Shown here piece by piece: positions 9,873-19,881 of a stretch of DNA of 50,375 nucleotides. The DNA comes from Nanoarchaeales archaeon. GTDB lineage: Archaea; Nanobdellota; Nanobdellia; Woesearchaeales; UBA583. The stretch spans positions 1-50,375 of the forward strand of contig JABSQY010000005.1 in the NCBI GenBank assembly GCA_013215525.1, in the 5' to 3' direction. Numbering within the stretch: position 1 is the stretch's first letter; each line of letters starts with the position of its first letter. A program made the translations under genes and the position numbers. The notes beneath the pieces are model-generated. The model made no database searches, was not told the DNA's origin, and worked only from the letters and a program-made list of their open reading frames with translations.

Positions 9873-10787
9873 TTATTTAAAATTTTTAATTTGTTCTAGA
9901 GTTTGCATTCCTCTAGCACCTTTTGTTGTAACTGAGACTGCTGCTGCTCTGATTCCAAACTGAATTGCTTTTTCAATTGTTTTATTTTCAAATAATTCTG
10001 AAACTAATGCTGCTAAAAAACAGTCACCTGCTCCAGTTGAATCAATTGGGTTATTAATTTTTAAAGCTTCAAATTTCATTTTATCTTTATTTAATTCAAA
10101 AAATTCTACACCATTCTTTCCTTTTGTAATTAAAACTTTTGAACAAATATTTAATAATTTATTTATTTCAATATTTAAAATTTTAAATTCAGATTCACTT
10201 AATATTAAATAATCACTTAAACTAATTAATTCTTTAATTGTATCTAATCCAAATTTTACAAATATATTTCCTGGGGAAAAGATGATTTTTGTGTTATTAA
10301 TTTTTGCTTTTTTAGAAATTGTACAATAATCTTTTAAAATATCTTTACTTACAAGACTTGTAAATACTAAATATTTTAATTTTTCATTATAAAATTCAGT
10401 TGGAAAATCAGTTTCATCAAAGTTTAGATAATTATAGGCATACATTATTCTTTGACTAGTTTTATCAACAATTGAATAACAAGAATTATTAGGTTTTTCT
10501 GAGACTTTTGCAATTGAGTAATTAACATTATCTAATTTGAAATCTTTAAGTAACATGTTTGTATGTCTATCTGTTCCTACATTTCCAAAAAAATAAACAT
10601 TTTTATTTAATTTTCCGATTCCTGCAGCGATATTTGCGGCAGCTCCACCAGATGAATTAGTTATTTCATTAATACTTCTTTCTTCATCTTCTTTACAAAA
10701 TTCATCCACAAAAAGTGTTACATCTACATTTAGAGAACCAACACAGACGATTTTATCTATGTTGATTTGTTTATTTAAATCAGTCAT
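9873..10787 (-). CDS. PfkB-family carbohydrate/nucleoside kinase
   Basis: VGSLNVD, GGAAANIA, ITKGKNG, DSTGAGDCF signature. Confidence 0.93.
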   Translation of the reverse strand: MTDLNKQINIDKIVCVGSLNVDVTLFVDEFCKEDEERSINEITNSSGGAAANIAAGIGKLNKNVYFFGNVGTDRHTNMLLKDFKLDNVNYSIAKVSEKPNNSCYSIVDKTSQRIMYAYNYLNFDETDFPTEFYNEKLKYLVFTSLVSKDILKDYCTISKKAKINNTKIIFSPGNIFVKFGLDTIKELISLSDYLILSESEFKILNIEINKLLNICSKVLITKGKNGVEFFELNKDKMKFEALKINNPIDSTGAGDCFLAALVSELFENKTIEKAIQFGIRAAAVSVTTKGARGMQTLEQIKNFK

Positions 10788-10809
10788 TTGTTATTATTGT
10801 ATTATATAT

Positions 10810-11913
10810 CTATAATCTTTTATATGCTTTTAATGCGTTTTGTTGAAACTCTTCAATTGGTAAAAATATTTCTTCTTTATTAGCGTCCATATGTTCTTTA
10901 AATTCTTTTTCACCAAGACCTGTTACACTTTTGATTTCAGATTTAATATTTTGCATCATTTGCGCATAAGAAAGTTGAGCATCTATTTCATCCCCATAAA
11001 TTTTTCTCATATCTAATCCCCATTGATTTTGAGCTTGTGAAATTTTTGAGTGTGGATTTGAAGTAATATCTGTTCTATCTTCGCAGATTACAATTTTTTG
11101 TGGTAAGTCTGATTCTTTGATTTGATGGTCAAATACTCCGTGAGAATCAAATAGAGGAGTTAAACCTTGTTTATTAGTTCCGAACACATTTATTCTTGCA
11201 GAATGAGTAGCAAGAGTGTGAGTTGGATTCCAGGCAATTGATCCTGGATGTGCTAACATTGTTTCAATGTCTGAATGGCTATCACCTATATGTGAACCTG
11301 TCCAAATTTTAGTATCTTTATTAAATAAAATCTTTTTTACTGTATTACGTTTATGTTCTCCACCAATAAATCTTAAAATTTCACCATTGTAAATACCATT
11401 ATTTTGTCCAAATTGTGTTGCAATTGTTTTTTCAAGTCCAAGTCTTTGTGATACTTGCTGTGCTCCTTCTTGGTGACCTGCAGTAACATTTGTGATATTG
11501 TAACCTAACTTTTGAAGTTGTTCAATATTTTCTCTAGTACCAGGTACAAATCTCATATGTTTTCCAACAATACTATTGATCTCACTTGGGAGTCCATTTA
11601 ATATTGAACCTACAAATACACAAGGTGCATTCCAACAGTAAGAAGTTTCTCCTCTTGCAACTGCATCAATATTACTATTTGCAACTTTAGTAAAATATTC
11701 TAAAGCTTCATCTCCTCCAATAATTCGACACATATCTCTTGCATTATCATCAATTATTAATACTCCATCCATATCAGATGTTAAGATTTTACTTGAGATA
11801 TGAGACATAAGATAGTCTTCACCCACTTCATGTAGTTTTTTAACTATATTATTTCTCCCAATGATAGATTCAGAGCTTATATTACCATTATTCCCAATAT
11901 AATGTATTTCCAT
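10810..11913 (-). CDS. HAD-superfamily phosphohydrolase (EhaR/PSP-like)
   Basis: DMDGVL motif I followed by DDNA, VPG, IGDSHSD motif IV; likely start ATG at 11913. Confidence 0.75.
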   Translation of the reverse strand: MEIHYIGNNGNISSESIIGRNNIVKKLHEVGEDYLMSHISSKILTSDMDGVLIIDDNARDMCRIIGGDEALEYFTKVANSNIDAVARGETSYCWNAPCVFVGSILNGLPSEINSIVGKHMRFVPGTRENIEQLQKLGYNITNVTAGHQEGAQQVSQRLGLEKTIATQFGQNNGIYNGEILRFIGGEHKRNTVKKILFNKDTKIWTGSHIGDSHSDIETMLAHPGSIAWNPTHTLATHSARINVFGTNKQGLTPLFDSHGVFDHQIKESDLPQKIVICEDRTDITSNPHSKISQAQNQWGLDMRKIYGDEIDAQLSYAQMMQNIKSEIKSVTGLGEKEFKEHMDANKEEIFLPIEEFQQNALKAYKRL

Positions 11914-12008
11914 AAATAATTCATATTTCTCCCCTTTAAATAACTTACTATCAAGAGACAACAATAAGTATAACAAACTTTAAAAAGAGGGAAAGTTGAA
12001 ATTTGTAT

Positions 12009-14981
12009 ATGGTACAAAGAATAGAGATTCAGTTAAAAATTGATGACGCGAGGTCCAAAATTATTAAAAAGGAAATTAATGAAGAATTTTCAAATTTAAT
12101 TAATAATGTTGTAGTCTCAGATGTATATACTTTAGATAAAGATATTTCAAAAGATAATTTTGAAAAAATTAAGGAACTAATTTCAAATCCAATTTGTGAA
12201 AGAATTAGTTTTGAAAATGATTGTGATTTTGGTTTAGACTTTGATTTTGCATTAGAAGTTGGTTTTTTACCAGGTGTTACAGATAATGTTGCAAATACTG
12301 CATCTCAAGTCCTTAAAGATGCTTTAGGAGTTGAAATTCCAGTTTATTCTTCAAAAATTTATTATTTATCTGGTGATTTAACTCTTGATAATGTTAAACA
12401 AATGGGGGAATTTTTATCAAATACTTTAATTCAAAGAAATCATATTAAAAGTTATGATGAATTTAAATCTAATAATAATACAATGGAAAAAATTGTTCCA
12501 AAAGTTAATTTAGATGATAATAAAAAACCATTAGTTGTTGAAATTATTTCAGCATCAGATGATGAATTAATTGAGATTGGAAAAAAAGGAATTTTAGATG
12601 TTGAGTCTGGTGAAAGACGTGGACCTTTAGCTCTTGATTTAGAATCTATGAAAACAATTCAAACATATTTTAAAGATGTTAAAAATAGAAATCCTTTTGA
12701 TATTGAATTAGAAGCTTTAGCTCAAACTTGGTCAGAACATTGTAAACATACAATTTTTGCAGCAAAGATAGATGATGTTCAAGATGGATTATACAAAGGG
12801 TATATTAAAAGAGCAACTAATGACATTCGTAAGATGCTTGGTGAAGATGATTTTTGCGTAAGTGTTTTTACAGATAATTCAGGAGTGATTAAGTTTGATG
12901 ATGATTATTTAATTTCAGATAAAGCTGAAACACATAATAGTCCTTCTGCTCTAGATCCTTTTGGTGGTGCAATTACTGGAATTGTTGGAGTTAATAGAGA
13001 TACTATTGGTGTTGGGATGGGAGCTATGCCAGTAATTAACGGATATGGATTTTGTGTTGCAGATCCTAAAAGTAAACCTGAATTATATAGAGGATTAAAT
13101 AAAACAAATCCTGCTTTAAGTCCTGAAAAAATTATGAAGGGAGTTATTGCTGGAGTTAATGAAGGTGGAAATTGTAGTGGTATTCCTACAATTCAAGGAT
13201 TTATGAATTTTCATGAAGACTTTAGAGGAAAACCTTTAGTGTTTGTTCGTACTGTTGGTTTAATGCCTAAAGAAGTTTGTTCAGTTGATTCAACTAAGAA
13301 AAAAGCAATTCCTGGTGATTTAGTTGTAGTTGTTGGTGGACGTGTTGGAAAAGATGGTATTCATGGAGCTACTTTTTCGTCTGAAGCGATGGATAGTGGA
13401 AGTCCTGCAACTGCTGTTCAAATTGGAGATCCAATTACTCAGAAAAAAGTAAGTGATGTAATTATTAAGGAAGCTAGAGATTTAGGTTTATATACTAGTA
13501 TTACAGATAATGGAGCTGGAGGGATTTCTTGTTCAGTTGCTGAGATGGCAACAGAGTGTGGAGGTTGCGAGGTTGATTTAGAGAAAGTACCTTTAAAGTA
13601 TCCTGGGATGAGCGCTTGGGAAACTTGGATTAGTGAATCACAAGAGAGAATGACTTTATCAATTCCAGAAAAAAATTGGAAACAGTTTAATGATCTTATG
13701 GAATCACGTGGTGTTGAAGCTGTAGTGATTGGTAAATTTACTGATTCTGGGTTATGTGTTGTTAAACAAGATGGTGTTGAGATTATGAATGTTGAGTTAA
13801 GTTTTTTACATGATGGTCAACCTAAAAAAGAATTAAAAACTATTTTTAATAAGAAAACTTTTGATGAACCTAGTTTAGATAATGTTAAAATTAATAAGAG
13901 TTTAGTTGAGATTTCAGGGAAATTAAATATTTGTAGTATTGAGTTTGTTAATAGACAATACGATCATGAAGTTGGTTCTGGTAGTATTTTAAAACCTATT
14001 TCTGGTGTTGGTGAGATTATATCTGATTCATCAGTTACTCGTCCAATTTTAACTTCTAAAAAAGCTATTGGAGTATCTCAATCTTTATTTCCTAGATATG
14101 GAGATATCGACCCATATAATATGGCAAGTTGCGCTATTGATTCATCTGTTAAAAACTTAGTTTGTGTTGGTGTACCTTTTGGAAAGATTGCATTAATGGA
14201 TAATTTTTGTTGGTGTAGTAGTGATGAAATAGAAAGACTAGGACAATTAAAAAGAGCAGTTGAGGGGTGTTATGATTATGCTGTAGCATATAAAGCTCCA
14301 TTTATTTCTGGAAAGGATAGTATGTATAATGATTTTAAAGGATACGATAAAGATAATAATCCTGTTAAAATTTCAGCACCTCCAACTTTATTAATTTCAT
14401 CAATTGGAGTTATGGATGATTATGAAAAATCAGTAAGTTCAGAGATTAAGTTTGAAGGAGATTTAGTTTATGTTATTGGTGAGACTAAAAATGAACTAGG
14501 TGGGAGTGAGTTTTATTCATATTTAGGAGAGAAAGAAACTGGTAAAAGTTATATTGGTAATAATGTGCCTAGTGTTGATTTTGATGTTAATAGTTTAACT
14601 TATAAGAAAATTACTGAGTTAATTGATAAAAAATTAATTGCAAGTTCTATGCCTGTAAATTTTGGAGGTTTAGGTGTTGCTTTTATGAAGATGACAGTTG
14701 GTGGAAATTTAGGTTTAGATGTTGATTTATCAAATGTTTCAAAAGTATGTGATTTATGTGATGTTACAACTTTATATTCAGAGAGTTCTGGAAGAATTGT
14801 TATTTCAATTAATCCAAATGATAAAGAAGAGTTTGAGAAAATTTTATCTGGTGTTCAGTTTAATGAGATTGGAAAAGTAGTTTCAAATAAAGTTTTAAAT
14901 ATCAAAGGAAGAGTACAAGAGGCATCAATTAAAATTGTTGATTTAGAAACAAAATATAAGGAGACTTTAGGAGGTTATTAA
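12009..14981 (+). CDS. purL: Phosphoribosylformylglycinamidine synthase subunit PurL with N-terminal PurS-like extension
   Basis: QTWSEHCKH, ETHNSPS, DNGAGG, SESQERM, QYDHEV, ISGKDS; N-terminal PGVTDN motif. Confidence 0.96.
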   Translation: MVQRIEIQLKIDDARSKIIKKEINEEFSNLINNVVVSDVYTLDKDISKDNFEKIKELISNPICERISFENDCDFGLDFDFALEVGFLPGVTDNVANTASQVLKDALGVEIPVYSSKIYYLSGDLTLDNVKQMGEFLSNTLIQRNHIKSYDEFKSNNNTMEKIVPKVNLDDNKKPLVVEIISASDDELIEIGKKGILDVESGERRGPLALDLESMKTIQTYFKDVKNRNPFDIELEALAQTWSEHCKHTIFAAKIDDVQDGLYKGYIKRATNDIRKMLGEDDFCVSVFTDNSGVIKFDDDYLISDKAETHNSPSALDPFGGAITGIVGVNRDTIGVGMGAMPVINGYGFCVADPKSKPELYRGLNKTNPALSPEKIMKGVIAGVNEGGNCSGIPTIQGFMNFHEDFRGKPLVFVRTVGLMPKEVCSVDSTKKKAIPGDLVVVVGGRVGKDGIHGATFSSEAMDSGSPATAVQIGDPITQKKVSDVIIKEARDLGLYTSITDNGAGGISCSVAEMATECGGCEVDLEKVPLKYPGMSAWETWISESQERMTLSIPEKNWKQFNDLMESRGVEAVVIGKFTDSGLCVVKQDGVEIMNVELSFLHDGQPKKELKTIFNKKTFDEPSLDNVKINKSLVEISGKLNICSIEFVNRQYDHEVGSGSILKPISGVGEIISDSSVTRPILTSKKAIGVSQSLFPRYGDIDPYNMASCAIDSSVKNLVCVGVPFGKIALMDNFCWCSSDEIERLGQLKRAVEGCYDYAVAYKAPFISGKDSMYNDFKGYDKDNNPVKISAPPTLLISSIGVMDDYEKSVSSEIKFEGDLVYVIGETKNELGGSEFYSYLGEKETGKSYIGNNVPSVDFDVNSLTYKKITELIDKKLIASSMPVNFGGLGVAFMKMTVGGNLGLDVDLSNVSKVCDLCDVTTLYSESSGRIVISINPNDKEEFEKILSGVQFNEIGKVVSNKVLNIKGRVQEASIKIVDLETKYKETLGGY

Positions 14982-14982
14982 A

Positions 14983-15750
14983 ATGATAAAAGCTATGGTT
15001 ATGACAGGACACGGTATTAATTGTGATAGAGAGACAAGAGAAATTCTTGAGTATGCAGGTTTTGAATCTGAAATAGTACATATTAATGATTTAATTAGTA
15101 AAAAGAAAAAGTTTTCTGATTTTAGTTTAATTGTTTTTGCAGGAGGATTTTCTTATGGAGATGATTTAGGTTCAGGGAAAGCTTTTGCTGCAATGATTAA
15201 AAATAATTTATGGGATGAGTTAATTGAATTTAAAAATAATGGTGGTCTTGTGATTGGTATTTGTAATGGTTTTCAAATTATGAATCATTTAGGTTTATTT
15301 GGTGAAAAGTTAGGAGAGAGAATTAGCGCTTTATTACATAATGAATCAGCTAGATATATTTGTAAATGGGTTGATTTAAAGATTAATACTAATTCAAATT
15401 GTATTTTTACAAAAGGGATTGAGACTTTAAGAGTTCCAATTGCACATGGAGAAGGTAAATTTTATGCAACAGATAGTGTACTTGATGAACTTGAAAAGAA
15501 TAATCAAATTGTATCAACTTATGTAGAAAATCCTAATGGTGCATTAAGAGATATTGCTGGGATTTGTGATGTTTCTGGTAAGTTTTTTGGTTTAATGCCT
15601 CATCCAGAAAGAGCAGCATTTTTTCATAATTTACCTGAATTTCATAAATTAAAAGAGAAATTAAAAAGAGATGGTGAAAAAATTCCTTATGATGCTGATG
15701 GTATTAAGATTTTTAGAAATGCTTTTAATTATTTAAAAAATAATAATTAA
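14983..15750 (+). CDS. purQ: FGAM synthase glutaminase subunit PurQ
   Basis: GGFSYGD, GICNGFQ, IAHGEG, NPNG, LMPHPER. Confidence 0.97.
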   Translation: MIKAMVMTGHGINCDRETREILEYAGFESEIVHINDLISKKKKFSDFSLIVFAGGFSYGDDLGSGKAFAAMIKNNLWDELIEFKNNGGLVIGICNGFQIMNHLGLFGEKLGERISALLHNESARYICKWVDLKINTNSNCIFTKGIETLRVPIAHGEGKFYATDSVLDELEKNNQIVSTYVENPNGALRDIAGICDVSGKFFGLMPHPERAAFFHNLPEFHKLKEKLKRDGEKIPYDADGIKIFRNAFNYLKNNN

Positions 15751-15752
15751 TA

Positions 15753-16133
15753 TTATTTTTTAGTTTTTATATGTTTATCTTCTATTGATGCAATACTTGG
15801 GTCAAATTTGAAAGTATCACCTAGTCTATAGTTAGAATATGTGTCTTTAGAAACATAAAATTTTTCACAGTAGTCATTTCCGTATTCAGTTTTTATATTT
15901 TTATCACAAACAGTTAAAATATAATCTTCATCATCAGTTATATTATGTGGTATTTGAATAAACATATTTCCTACCTTTATAGGTATCATTATACTTTTTT
16001 TATTTTCAGGTTCAAATGTTTTATTTTGAACATATCCTTCATTTATTTTATTTGTATCATCAATCATTGAGTCAATTGTTAGATATCCAACATATCCTAA
16101 CATCCCACATATAACTAATTTTAAAGTTTCCAT
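15753..16133 (-). CDS. Hypothetical protein with N-terminal membrane anchor
   Basis: 126-aa ORF, hydrophobic N-terminus, upstream TATA-like element. Confidence 0.6.
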   Translation of the reverse strand: METLKLVICGMLGYVGYLTIDSMIDDTNKINEGYVQNKTFEPENKKSIMIPIKVGNMFIQIPHNITDDEDYILTVCDKNIKTEYGNDYCEKFYVSKDTYSNYRLGDTFKFDPSIASIEDKHIKTKK

Positions 16134-16413
16134 AACTATATATTTATTTATTTATAAATATTAGTGTCGTTACTACTGATAAAAACATCAAGTCATTAGT
16201 TTATAAATAAAGTTTTATTATATTATATATTCTAAAAATTATAAAATTATTAGATTTGAGAAATATCTTTTCAACTACTGTTATTAACTATTAAGATAGG
16301 TTTTTATGGTTTAAAAAAATAATATCTACTCTGAATTTATATTAAAAAATAAGTAAATTTATATACCTTTAATTTTAAATATTAATTATGATGAGTATTA
16401 TAGGGGAAATAAA

Positions 16414-17532
16414 ATGATTATTGGAATTATTGGTGGTGGACAGTTATGTCGTATGATGGGTCAAGAGATAGAGAGAAAAAATCTAAACCATGAAATTATT
16501 GCGTTAGATCCAACTCCTAATTGTCCTGCAACTCCTTTTATTAAAGAACAAATTATTGGAGATTATAAAGATGAAAATAAAATCCGTGAGCTTGCAAAGA
16601 AAGTTGATGTTTTAACTTTTGAGATTGAACTTGCAAATGCTGAGGTTCTAAAAGAAATTGAAAATTATGGTGTTGTTGTTTGCCCATCTCCAGAATCATT
16701 GTATACTATTCAAGATAAATTTAGACAAAAAATATTTCTTAAAAAAAATGGACTTCCAGTTCCTGATTTTGTACAAATTAAATCTAGAGAAGATTTAGTT
16801 AATGGATTAAATCAGTTTGGATATCCTGCTTTATTAAAAGCTACACAAGATTCTTATGATGGTCGAGGCAATTATGTTATTAAATCAGAAGAAGATATTG
16901 ATATTGGTTTAAAACTATTTGAAAATAGACCTTTAATGCTTGATAGATTTATTAATTTTAAAAAAGAAATTTCAATTATTGCAGCTAGAGATTTAAATGG
17001 AAATATTAAAACATATGATGCTTGCGAGAATATTCATAAGGATAATATTTTAGATATAACTATTGCGCCTGCAAAAATAAGTGATGAGATTTCTAAAAAA
17101 GCAGATGATGTTGCAACTAAAGTTATGAGTGTTTTTAATGGTGCTGGAGTTTTTGGAATTGAGTTATTTGTTACAGAAGATGATAATATTTTAATTAATG
17201 AAATTGCGCCAAGAGTACACAACTCAGGACATCACACAATCGATGCTTGTAATACTTCACAATTTGAACAACATATTAGAGCAATTACAGGTATGGAGTT
17301 AGGTGATACTGATTTAATTAGTAATGCTGTTATGTGTAATATTTTAGGAACTGATTTTGAAGGAGAGTTTGATTTAGTTTGTGATAATTTACCTTCAAAT
17401 GTAACTGTTCATATGTATGATAAAAAGATTGCAAAACCTAAAAGAAAATTAGGTCATGTTACAATACTTGCAGTTAATGAAATTGATGCAAATATTATAA
17501 AAAGTAAAATTGAGTTGAGGAAAAGAGAATGA
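16414..17532 (+). CDS. purK: N5-CAIR synthetase
   Basis: GIIGGGQL, YDGRGN, NEIAPRVHNSGH, RKLGHVT. Confidence 0.96.
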   Translation: MIIGIIGGGQLCRMMGQEIERKNLNHEIIALDPTPNCPATPFIKEQIIGDYKDENKIRELAKKVDVLTFEIELANAEVLKEIENYGVVVCPSPESLYTIQDKFRQKIFLKKNGLPVPDFVQIKSREDLVNGLNQFGYPALLKATQDSYDGRGNYVIKSEEDIDIGLKLFENRPLMLDRFINFKKEISIIAARDLNGNIKTYDACENIHKDNILDITIAPAKISDEISKKADDVATKVMSVFNGAGVFGIELFVTEDDNILINEIAPRVHNSGHHTIDACNTSQFEQHIRAITGMELGDTDLISNAVMCNILGTDFEGEFDLVCDNLPSNVTVHMYDKKIAKPKRKLGHVTILAVNEIDANIIKSKIELRKRE

Positions 17533-18410
17533 AAAAATTAATTGAGATAAGAACTGGAAGTAATTCTGATATTCCAAAAATTAAAGAGTGTTATTATTTT
17601 TTAAAAGAGTTAGGTATTTCTTTTTCTCCAAGAATTTTATCAGCACATAGAACACCTGAATTAATGGCTCAAGAAGCTCGTGATTTAGAAAAAAATGGAT
17701 TTTTAGTATCAATTGCTGCTGCCGGTGGGTCTGCTCATTTAGCTGGAATGACTGCATCTGAAACTTGTATTCCAGTTGTTGCTCTTCCAGTTACATCTTC
17801 AGTTGGAGGCCTTGATGCTTTGTTGTCTATGGCTCAAATGCCGCCAGGAATCCCAAATGGGTGTTTAGGACTTGGGCAGGCTGAAAATGCTGCAATTTTA
17901 GCAGCAAGAATTATGAGTTTAGATGATATGGAAGTTAGAAACAAATTATCTTCTAAACTTGATACAAAAATTTTAGCTGAATTAAATAATATTCCAAATA
18001 TTAGTATTGTAACAGATAATGATAAGTTAGATACTTCTCTATTAGATAGATTTGGAATAAATTATTCAATTAATTCAAAGATAGATTCGCCAGTTGTAAT
18101 ATATATATTAGATGAATCTGTAATTTCTAAAAGAATTCCAAATGATGTTGAACAAATTTCAATTATCTCTCCAACTGTTAAAGACTTTGAGAATTTTAAA
18201 TTATCTGAGTTAGATAATTTAGTTGATGGTCCGTACGCTTTTACTGGTGTTCAAAGAGTTTCAAATTCTATGATTTATGCAGCACAAATTTTAGGGAATT
18301 ATTTTCCTAATGTGCGAGATAAGTTTAAAGAATATAAACATGAGTTATATCTTCAAGTTGTAGAAAAAGATAAATTAATTCAAGAAAAAGGAGTCGATTA
18401 TTATTTATAA
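17529..18410 (+). CDS. purE: N5-CAIR mutase PurE with a degenerate second PurE-like domain
   Basis: GSNSD, SAHRTP, AGGSAHLAGM, QMPPGIP; 293 aa with a repeated C-terminal motif (NSMIYAAQILG). Confidence 0.92.
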   Translation: MKKLIEIRTGSNSDIPKIKECYYFLKELGISFSPRILSAHRTPELMAQEARDLEKNGFLVSIAAAGGSAHLAGMTASETCIPVVALPVTSSVGGLDALLSMAQMPPGIPNGCLGLGQAENAAILAARIMSLDDMEVRNKLSSKLDTKILAELNNIPNISIVTDNDKLDTSLLDRFGINYSINSKIDSPVVIYILDESVISKRIPNDVEQISIISPTVKDFENFKLSELDNLVDGPYAFTGVQRVSNSMIYAAQILGNYFPNVRDKFKEYKHELYLQVVEKDKLIQEKGVDYYL

Positions 18411-18505
18411 TTTCACCATATTATTTTAAATATTAACTTATTTTTATTTATTATTCTACATTAATTACTACTTACAATGACAACATATATAAACTAGATT
18501 ATATT

Positions 18506-18811
18506 ATGAATGAAAAATTTTATATGTCTACAAAATCATTTTTAAAAGATAGAAAGGAAGAACTTAGAGTTCTCAGTTTAAAGCATCCAGATGTTGAAAT
18601 TAGATCAAGTACTGAAAATATATATAAATTATATGAGATGAGTACAATTCGAGGAAGACAAAAATTATTGGGTGCTGCAGTTTTAGCTATTGGCGTATTA
18701 ATTGGGTATGGGATTAATAATTATGATGAATTAGCTAATTTAGAAAAACCAGTTTCAATTAATCAAAAACAACATTTAGATGATAAATTATCAAATACTG
18801 GAAATTTCTAA
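18506..18811 (+). CDS. Hypothetical single-pass membrane protein
   Basis: 101-aa ORF, hydrophobic segment LLGAAVLAIGVLIGYG, TATA box upstream. Confidence 0.6.
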   Translation: MNEKFYMSTKSFLKDRKEELRVLSLKHPDVEIRSSTENIYKLYEMSTIRGRQKLLGAAVLAIGVLIGYGINNYDELANLEKPVSINQKQHLDDKLSNTGNF

Positions 18812-18833
18812 AAAATAAGTATATTTTAAAATA

Positions 18834-19880
18834 TTACATTAAAGTGTCAAGTATTAAATTTACACTCTCTTTTATTCTTTGTTCTCTTGGCCTTAAGTCT
18901 GGAGAAAATCTTTTACCTGTTAAAAATTGATATCCTTCAATATATCTAACTGCGATTTCGTTTGCTTGCTTTTTTGTAAACATTTGAGTTTTTTCATCTT
19001 TAATCATTCCTCTTGCAAATTCTTTTGAGAAAGATTTAGGATTATTATTTTCATCTAATTCTAGATTTCCTTTACTATCAATTTTCCAAAATCTTGACGA
19101 ATCTAGAGTATATACTTCGTCTGCAACAACAATTTCTCCTTTTGAATTTTCACCGTGTTCTGTTTTTGTATCAACTAATACTAAACCTTTATCTTTTAGA
19201 AATTGAGTTATAATTCCAAATGCTAGAATTGAAGAATTTCTAATTTGAGTGTATTCATCAGTTGTACAAATATTGTTATCAAAAAAGTATTGAGGTTCTT
19301 TTGATTCATCATTTTTATCTTTAGTTGATGGCGTATCCATGATGTATGGTAGTTTACTATTTACAAATAAGTTTTCAGGTAAAACGTGTCCGCAAAATGT
19401 TCTTTGTCCATTTAAATAATGTTGATATAGTGATGTTGATGTTGAACTTTTTGCCATATACATTCTAATTACATTTTCAAATTTTATAATTTTTACATTT
19501 TCTGATGCAATTACTGTAGATGTGGATTTTAGGTTTGGAATCTCAAATTGTGATGACCCTAATACATCTTTTACAAGTTTTAACATAAAGTTATGGTTTG
19601 CTGCAAGAACTTGGTCTTTAAATGGGATTGAACCTCTGTTAACATCATGTGTTGAGATTCTATTTGTTCTAAACATTAATCTAATTGGTTCTCCATTTTT
19701 AGTTTTTAGTTTATCTGAAAATACTGAATCAGAAACTTTCCCAGGTTGGATTGTACAATCAGTTAATCTTGGAATTTCTCCATCTTCAATTAATTGCGTA
19801 ATTGTTCTACCTTCATTTACAAGGTCACAATATGTTTCAACTAATTCTTTTATTTCAAGTTTGTTTAAGATTTGTTCCAT
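18834..19880 (-). CDS. purC: SAICAR synthetase
   Basis: GKV, RISTHD..IPFK, TPSTK, LVDTKTEHG, DEVYTLDSSRFW. Confidence 0.93.
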   Translation of the reverse strand: MEQILNKLEIKELVETYCDLVNEGRTITQLIEDGEIPRLTDCTIQPGKVSDSVFSDKLKTKNGEPIRLMFRTNRISTHDVNRGSIPFKDQVLAANHNFMLKLVKDVLGSSQFEIPNLKSTSTVIASENVKIIKFENVIRMYMAKSSTSTSLYQHYLNGQRTFCGHVLPENLFVNSKLPYIMDTPSTKDKNDESKEPQYFFDNNICTTDEYTQIRNSSILAFGIITQFLKDKGLVLVDTKTEHGENSKGEIVVADEVYTLDSSRFWKIDSKGNLELDENNNPKSFSKEFARGMIKDEKTQMFTKKQANEIAVRYIEGYQFLTGKRFSPDLRPREQRIKESVNLILDTLM

Positions 19881-19881
19881 T

